IMG/VR virus record: IMGVR_UViG_3300021255_001258
Location: 63,449-127,448 of that record
Reading direction: 5' to 3' (one strand)
From: a virus
Taxonomy: Duplodnaviria; Caudoviricetes
DNA length: 64,000 nucleotides
Positions within the stretch are counted from its first letter, which is position 1. Each line of letters begins with the position of its first letter. A model generated the notes under the pieces. It was not told the origin of the DNA, ran no database searches, and worked only from the letters and a program-made list of their open reading frames with translations. This document shows positions 56,908-64,000 of the stretch, piece by piece. Both the position numbers and the translations under genes were made by a program.

Positions 56908-57903
56908 ATGAGGGTATTAAGTCTATTTGATGGAATTGCTTGCGGATACGAGGCGTTGCTTCGTGCCGGAATTGTTCCAGAAACATATGTTGCATACGAA
57001 ATCGACAAGAACGCGATTGCAATCGCAAAGAAAAACCATCCTGATATTGAAGAGATGGGAAGTGTGGTTGATGCCGATTTTACTCAGTATAAGGGATTTG
57101 ACCTTGTGATTGGCGGTAGTCCCTGTCAGGGATTCAGCATTGCAGGAAAACAGCTGAATTTCGATGATCCAAGAAGCAAACTATACTTCGAATTTGAGAG
57201 AGCGGTAAGGGAGGTCAATCCGAAGTATTTCTTCCTTGAGAATGTGGCAATGCGCAAAGACTTTGAGGCAATCATTACTGAACGCCTTGGAGTAGAACCG
57301 ATTATGATCAATAGTAATCTGGTTTCTGCCCAGAACAGAAAGCGTCTTTATTGGACAAATATTGAAAATATTAAACAGCCGGAAAACAAAGGGATTTTGC
57401 TTGCCGATATTGTGCATGAAAATGAACCTGGATTTTCCGGTGATCTTGAACCATACAAGGTGCCGTTTGATAAGACCTTGCAGATTCTCGACAAGGAAAT
57501 ACAGAAAGGCAAAATTGGTTATTTCCGCAAGGATAGTCAGGCGAACCGTGTATATAGCATTCATGGCAAGGCGGTTACGCTTTGTGGTGAAGCTGGTGGT
57601 GGAGCAGCAAAGATGGGACAGTACTTGTTTGGATGCATCACTCCAGACAGAGTTAATAAAAGGCAAAACGGACAGCGTTTCAACGATGGAGAAAAGTTTT
57701 ATACGCTGACCGCACAGGATAAACATGGAGTGTTAATTGATGGATACATCAGAAAGCTTACTCCGGTTGAGTGCGAAAGACTTCAGACTCTGCCGGATAA
57801 TTACACTCTTTGTGATGGCGTAAGCGAAAATGCCAGGTATAAAGCACTTGGCAACTGTTGGACAGTAGACGTTGTTTCTCACTGCTTCAAAGCAATATAT
57901 TAA
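56908..57903 (+). CDS. dcm: DNA (cytosine-5) methyltransferase
   Basis: LSLFDG, GGSPCQGFS, LENV, AQNRKRLY, ERLQ and ALGNCW motifs. Confidence 0.92.
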   Translation: MRVLSLFDGIACGYEALLRAGIVPETYVAYEIDKNAIAIAKKNHPDIEEMGSVVDADFTQYKGFDLVIGGSPCQGFSIAGKQLNFDDPRSKLYFEFERAVREVNPKYFFLENVAMRKDFEAIITERLGVEPIMINSNLVSAQNRKRLYWTNIENIKQPENKGILLADIVHENEPGFSGDLEPYKVPFDKTLQILDKEIQKGKIGYFRKDSQANRVYSIHGKAVTLCGEAGGGAAKMGQYLFGCITPDRVNKRQNGQRFNDGEKFYTLTAQDKHGVLIDGYIRKLTPVECERLQTLPDNYTLCDGVSENARYKALGNCWTVDVVSHCFKAIY

Positions 57904-57919
57904 ATTCGGGGGTATGTAA

Positions 57920-58561
57920 ATGAAAGTATTGGAACTGTTTTCTGGAACTGAATGTTTATCAAACGCATTTCGTGAGAAAGGTCACGAATGCTTCACTGTT
58001 GACTGGGACGAGAAATTCCCTAGCAGTCTTCACTGTGACATCGGCAGTTTAACAGCCGAAGAGATACTGGATAAGTTTGGTCGCCCGGATGTCATCTGGG
58101 TTGGAACTGATTGTACAACTTTCAGTGTTGCAGCAATCAGTAAACATCGCAAGAAAAACAAGGAAACCGGAAATCTTGATCCGATTAGCGACTACGCAAA
58201 GAAATGCGATGAAACAAATAAACACGTATGGGAGTTGATTGATGCACTCCAGCCGCAGATTTACATCTGGGAAAATCCGCGAGGCGGTTTGCGTTCGATG
58301 ACTTATATGCAGAGAGCCAAAAGGCAGACTACTACGTACTGTCAGTATGGTTTTCCTTATATGAAACCAACCGATTTCTTTTCGAATGTAGAGTTGAATT
58401 TAAAACCGCCGTGTAAAAACGGAGATCCTTGTCACGAAAGAGCACCGAGAGGAAGCAGACATGGATTACAGGGTGTCAAGGGAGCTGACAATCGGGCAAT
58501 TTATCCGAAAGAACTTTGTGACAGCATCGTTACGAGATGCGAAGAAATATTGAATAAGTGA
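57920..58561 (+). CDS. Short C5-cytosine MTase-like protein
   Basis: LELFSG, GTDCTTFS, WENP, YCQYG and KPTD motifs. Confidence 0.75.
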   Translation: MKVLELFSGTECLSNAFREKGHECFTVDWDEKFPSSLHCDIGSLTAEEILDKFGRPDVIWVGTDCTTFSVAAISKHRKKNKETGNLDPISDYAKKCDETNKHVWELIDALQPQIYIWENPRGGLRSMTYMQRAKRQTTTYCQYGFPYMKPTDFFSNVELNLKPPCKNGDPCHERAPRGSRHGLQGVKGADNRAIYPKELCDSIVTRCEEILNK

Positions 58562-58570
58562 GGGTATTAT

Positions 58571-59251
58571 ATGAATATATTAGTTGCTTGTGAAGAAAGC
58601 CAGAGGGTGGCAAGCGAATTCCGAAGTCTTGGTCACGAAGCTTATAGCTGTGACATTATTGATTGTTCGGGCGGACATCCTGAATGGCACATTAAAGAAG
58701 ATGTCCTGCCGTTACTTGGCGGAGATTGTTCTTTTACAACATGTGATGGCGCGGTTCATGAAATTAAAGGCAAATGGGATATGATTATCGCATTTCCGCC
58801 TTGTACATATTTGACCGTATCCGCAAACAAGTATTATGAAACATCCTTGTATGGAGATAAAGCAAGAGAGAGGCAGAAAGAAAGATATAAAGCTATTGTG
58901 TTCTTTATGCATTTTGCTTTAGCAAATTGTGACAGAATCGCAATTGAAAATCCGATTGGTGTGATGAACAGTTCGTTCAGAAAGCCGGATCAGATTATTC
59001 AGCCGTATGAATATGGTGAACATGCAAGAAAGGCAACTTGTTTATGGTTGAAAGGACTACCGAAATTGCAGCCGACAAACATTGTTGATTCTGGAGAGTT
59101 TTCCAAGTCAGGAAGTTCTGCTGGCGCTCATGCAGATGGAAGCGATGAAAACGGTAAATGGTTACGATTTACTGATCCTGAGTTAAAGAAACTCAGAAGC
59201 AAAACGTTTCTTGGTGTAGCAAAGGCAATGGCGGAACAGTGGGGAAAGTGA
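58571..59251 (+). CDS. Short C5-cytosine MTase-like protein
   Basis: ILVACEES, AFPPCTYL, IENP, KATCLWL and RSKTF.GVA.AMAEQW motifs. Confidence 0.75.
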   Translation: MNILVACEESQRVASEFRSLGHEAYSCDIIDCSGGHPEWHIKEDVLPLLGGDCSFTTCDGAVHEIKGKWDMIIAFPPCTYLTVSANKYYETSLYGDKARERQKERYKAIVFFMHFALANCDRIAIENPIGVMNSSFRKPDQIIQPYEYGEHARKATCLWLKGLPKLQPTNIVDSGEFSKSGSSAGAHADGSDENGKWLRFTDPELKKLRSKTFLGVAKAMAEQWGK

Positions 59252-59258
59252 GGCGAAC

Positions 59259-62200
59259 ATGATGAAAAAGAAACTTATTAAATATGCAATTGATCTTGCT
59301 TGTAGCGTAGACCTTGAGCATAGCGGATTCGCCGGAATATTTCAGTATGCTGATCATGGTCGTTTCTTTGTTACTGATGGTTACAGGATTCTGGAAACAG
59401 AAACACTGATTGATGGCCTGTCTCTGAATGGCGAAAGCAGAATGACGGCAAATATGATCAAACATATGGACGCTGTCAACGAACCGGAACTTGATTATCA
59501 TCTGTATGACCTTCCTACAGTTAAAGAAATTAAAGAAGGTATCCGCGGAGTTTGCGGTAGGAAGTTAGACAGGGTTGTCTGGTCGGACGGCACAATCACA
59601 ATCAACGCCAGATGGCTGTATAAAGCAATGGAAGCTTTAAATGCAAAAACGGCATATGTGAGTAACACAAGACCGAAAAATATGCCGATTTTTCTCTGCG
59701 AAAATGATGATCCGCAGAGCATCAATAGGATGCTGATTATGCCGATGTATAACAGAGACAAAGTTGGATATTGGTTAGCAGTATAAAGGAGATAGAGATC
59801 ATGATTCCAAACTGTGTACCGGAATATTACAGAAGTCTCCAGGATGATTATAATCATGAATGTGAAATGGAGATGAACCGTCAGGAGTGGTACAGAAAGA
59901 ACAAAGAGTACCGCGAACAGAAATACATTGACGGATGCAACGAACTTCGGTTCTACCCTGATAAATGTTGCAAATGCCAGTATGGTGAGGAAGCAATGCC
60001 GGATAGTGAAATGGACGATATGCCGACAATGATATGCAGCAACTGGAAAAATTGTCTGGTATATAGGAAAGACAGCGAAGAGGCTTTCCCGAATGTGCCA
60101 TGGGAAGAATACTGTAGCTGGCGCGAGGAATATGTACAGAAACTGTTAAAGGAAAGGAGTGAAAGCAATGGAAGCAATGATTGACGCACTGTTGACAGAG
60201 AAACTTGACGAAATTTTCCTTGAAATGCAGGAAAGATTTGGTATCAAGAGTGGAGATGTGGAGCCGCTTGATGACATTGAGTTAGCGGAAAAGCAGATGG
60301 ATTTGACAATGACAATCGGTCGGATCCTGAGAAAACAGAAAGGAGAGAGGTGATTAAATGACAATAACAATAGCCACTGAAAAAAACGAAGCAACAGAAG
60401 CAACACTTGAATGGGAAAAGCCAGGTGTTCTTTATGCAAGGGTTTATGAGAATTGGGGCGGAGAATGGCATCAGACACATCAGTCAAGACCATATCCGGT
60501 AAGTGCAGAGGATAACGCAAGGGCAGCATATCGTAGATTTGCAAAGAGATACGTTAAATAAAACAACGATTTCATAAAAGGAGGTGATAACATGGATTTC
60601 ACAAACATATCAAATGACAAATTGGCTACCATGCTTAATGATATTCATAGAGAAATCAAATGGGCTAAGAATTATGGTAAGCCAATCAAAGAATTAACAC
60701 AAAAAGCTGAAGCTATTAAAACAGAAATACTTAAAAGGATGAGGTGATAATATGACGGATCAGCAGATTAAGGTAATGTTTTCCAAAGAAATCTTGAGAT
60801 CGTTAAGATTTGGTGGTGCATCAGCAGAAATGTGCGTGAGAAGAATTTTGTTTTCAGAGGGAAATGCTATTGATTGGCAGAGAGCATATGAAGTTGCTCT
60901 GGAAGAAATGCCAGAGTTGAAAAATTACAAAGCAGAATAAAACGGTTATTTGAAGGAGGATTATATTATGAGAATTATGTATACCAAAAGCGAAGTTGAC
61001 GAATTTGTTTCTATTGACGCAGTACCATGTTGGGGACCAGGGAGAGACGAGGATAACCCCGACATGTATAGTGTATTGATGGGAAGGATTACACCGGATA
61101 AGATTGATTTTGATTATGTTGGTGAATATAAATTAGATGGAGAAAAGAAAACATTTGATGCTGCGGTTAAAAACTTTGAGGAGATTTGTGAACAGCTTTT
61201 AACTAAAGGCTGGGTCAGGGCAGATCAGTTTGAAAATTTTGAGTGGTATTGAGAATATAAATAAAAGAGAGGAGAACAATATGGAAAAGTTAATGGTGAT
61301 GCACGATGATTACTTTGTATGGATTGTAGATGACAAGTTTAATCGTATATCTAACTTATACGATTACGATTGTTATTCTGAGTGGAGCTACATTCAGGCA
61401 AGAGATAACGCATGGAAAGAGGTGATTAAATGAAATACGGCGAAACTTATGAAACAGCGTTTATAAACATATTTACAAAAGAACGTTTTCCATATACAGC
61501 AACGTATAAGTATACTGAATGGAATAACTATCACACAAACAATGAAGGAGATGGTCTTTGGTTTGGTGATAAACAGATACTTGGAACTTGTCAGTTTAGC
61601 GTTGGAGGATGTAAAACTGAAAAAGCTGCGAAGGCAAAAATAAGGAAATGTGCAATAAAATGGTTTGAATGAAAGGAGATCATACTATGAAATTAGAACT
61701 GAGAGCAAAAGTAGTTAGAGCAATGGATCTGATGTGCAGATGTATCAATGACGAAGAGGTTTTTATGCCGTGGCTTTCGGTTGGTGTTGCTGATGGCGAT
61801 ATCACAAGAGAAACGACAGATGAAGATCTGGAGTATTATTGTGAGGACGATAATTTTGCGGAACTGATGTATTACTTCCTTCGGCGAATGAAAGCTGCCG
61901 AGGCAGACGGGTTGTATATTGATGGCGTTGTAAGTAAAAAGCCGGAATAAATTGAATGATTATTTGGTGATTTTTAATTGAAAGGGGATAAAAATATGGA
62001 TCTAACAACTAAAATTTACAAGAACGTATTTGGCATCAATGAGAATCACAAAAACGTAAATAAATTTGTCAAAGCGGTCATTATTAACTTCGGAGATGAG
62101 CGCGGAGACATTGTTGTAGAAAATGACAACTTTGGAACCCGTCGCAAATACGCAGATTTTACAGAAGGAAAACGTAAGGCTGGGCTGCATCCAATGCAAA

Positions 62201-63808
62201 TCGTGTTTTCTGGAATTGATATTGCGCATATTTTCCATGATAAGTATGTTGGAGCAGATGGGAGAGTATATGAGTTTTAGGAAGAGGTGATAGAATGAAA
62301 AACAAGTATTATTACTGGATTGATACAGAGTTTCTTTATGGAGATTCTACTCCGAAGTTTGCCCTTTATCGCGGAGAATATGAAGACGGAAAGAAAAATA
62401 GAGAAACAGAGGAAGTGATCCTGTGGGAAGCCTATGAAGATGTAGATGGTGTTGCAGAGGCAGTTAAAGATGGAGATATAAACCTTGGCTGGGATTTAAT
62501 TGATGAATATATTAAAGACAAACTTGGATTCTTGCCGGATTATGAGATTAACTGAGAGGAGATGATTAAATGAAAAACGTAAGAGATTATCAGGAAACAA
62601 TGCAGAATTTATATGAAGCTGCTATGAAATATCCCGATGAAAAACTTGCAAAAGCGGTTGGAGAAGCAAGGGATTTGGTTGTGGAGTATAAAAATATTAT
62701 TGATAGTTATGAAACAAATAAAAAAAAACACATTTGATGAAGGGAGAATCAATTATGAAAAATGTAAAAGATCTTTGGTTGGAATTTGGTGATGTGCCTA
62801 TGAACCCCGAAACGGAATGTATTGAAACAGAATGGAACGGATTTTTGCCAGGAACTCACAGAGAAGAGATTTGGCACTGGTTTGAAGATACTTTTGACAT
62901 TAGCGTTGCGGAAGATTTGATGTGATGAAAAACAGCTTTTATGAGAGGAGAAGATATATGGAACGGACATCATATTGCGAAGAAAATAATTGCCCGTGGT
63001 TAGACAAGGAAAGGGAAGTTTGCACATCACCAAATGATATTTATGGTAACAAGTGTGATTTTGATAACGGAATTTTTCCTGGTTATGACGATGAGGGTAT
63101 CAAACTTAAAATGGTCACATGGGAAGGAGATCTTACACAGTTTCTTGTTGAAGCAGACACAAGGGACGAGGCAATCAGTAAAGCAATTACGGCAAATAAA
63201 GAATTTGATAGATTCTGCTACGGAGGTAATGGTCGTGATAATTTTGATTTAGAAGACTGTGGTATTGAAGATCGTGATTCGTATGATGTTTATGATATTG
63301 ATTTTGATATATTATGTGAGATTATTGAAAGAAATGATTGGTTTAAAGGCAAATTCGGGGAAGCAAAAGTATTTAATGACTAATAAAACTCGCCTTTGAA
63401 AGGAGATGGCATAATGAAAACATACATTATTGATTACGTTGTTGGTAACACATATAAAGTAAAGAAGATAAAAGCGGAAACGGTTGAACAGGCAATCAAG
63501 AAAGCAAGAGTTAAATCAATTGTTGATATTAATATTGAGGAATATATTGTTAAAGACAAGTATCAGCTTAGAGACTTTTAATAAAGGCACGTTTGATGAA
63601 GGGAAGTGATTGCATGACAGTAACAATAGCAGCAGAAAGAAATGCAGCTGTAGAAGTAACCTGTGAATGGGAGAGAAACTGCTACCATGCCAGAGTTTAT
63701 GAAAATTGGGGTGGTGAATGGCATCAGACACATGAAAGTAATCCTTATTCAATAAAAGAAGACGCAATGAAGTCATATAAGAGATTTGTTAAGAGGTATA
63801 TTAAATAA
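59259..63808 (+). other. Run of ~18 small hypothetical early genes, many separated by an 18-bp motif
   Basis: Co-oriented ORFs with RBS; includes paralogs 60358-60561 and 63614-63808. Confidence 0.7.
60558..63597 (+). repeat. Dispersed intergenic motif WWRAAA-N6-TTTNAW
   Basis: Copies at 60558, 60937, ~62721, 62925, 63383 and 63580, each at or next to a stop codon and just before the next RBS. Confidence 0.6.
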
Positions 63809-64000
63809 AAGACACAACGGCATTTGGTTGAAGAGAATCTGTGTCACGAAGTGACATTTAAGATTTCAAAGTAATTGCGATGGCAGAAAGGAGAAAAATG
63901 GAAAAGTTTTATATTGTTGAAACCATGAATGAATTGACAGTAACAAGAGAACATTATCATACTGAAGCATTAACCGCACAAGAAGCAGTTGATTATGTGA

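Noticed and set aside
56908-59251. 5mC deamination by the phage MTases as the cause of CAG>TAG changes
   Set aside because: The TAG codons inspected share no fixed flanking motif, and mutation alone would not explain confinement to late genes; untested.
1-64000. Reverse transcriptase, DGR or retron
   Set aside because: No YxDD-type RT ORF or template/variable repeat pair was noticed.

Overview
The window is part of a large tailed-phage genome, probably infecting a Bacillota (Clostridia-like) host, with gene order resembling Bacillus SPbeta. The minus strand (1 to ~46 kb) carries, in transcription order: replication/ParB genes, an IscB-omegaRNA element, a YonO-type single-subunit RNA polymerase, HU, PhoH, ClpP, tRNAs, terminase, portal, protease/scaffold, capsid, connectors, tail tube, a tyrosine recombinase, a six-gene unknown cassette and a >2000-aa tape measure protein. 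The plus strand (47-64 kb) carries a dense run of small early genes and three cytosine-MTase-like genes. The standard-code ORF track is misleading. Late genes are broken by in-frame TAG codons that read as Gln (genetic code 15-like), and the phage encodes its own CUA-anticodon tRNA (29273-29360). Three late genes (capsid, a head-tail connector, tail tube) are also split by ORF-less group I introns whose removal restores the frame. The best candidates for undescribed biology are: (i) a DIP1984-like gene followed by a ~315-nt structured RNA with a 7-nt-period repeat; (ii) large structured non-coding regions at the start of the early arm; (iii) an 18-bp quasi-palindromic motif between small early genes; (iv) the recoded six-gene cassette. 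All family assignments come from motif recognition by eye; no database searches were run.
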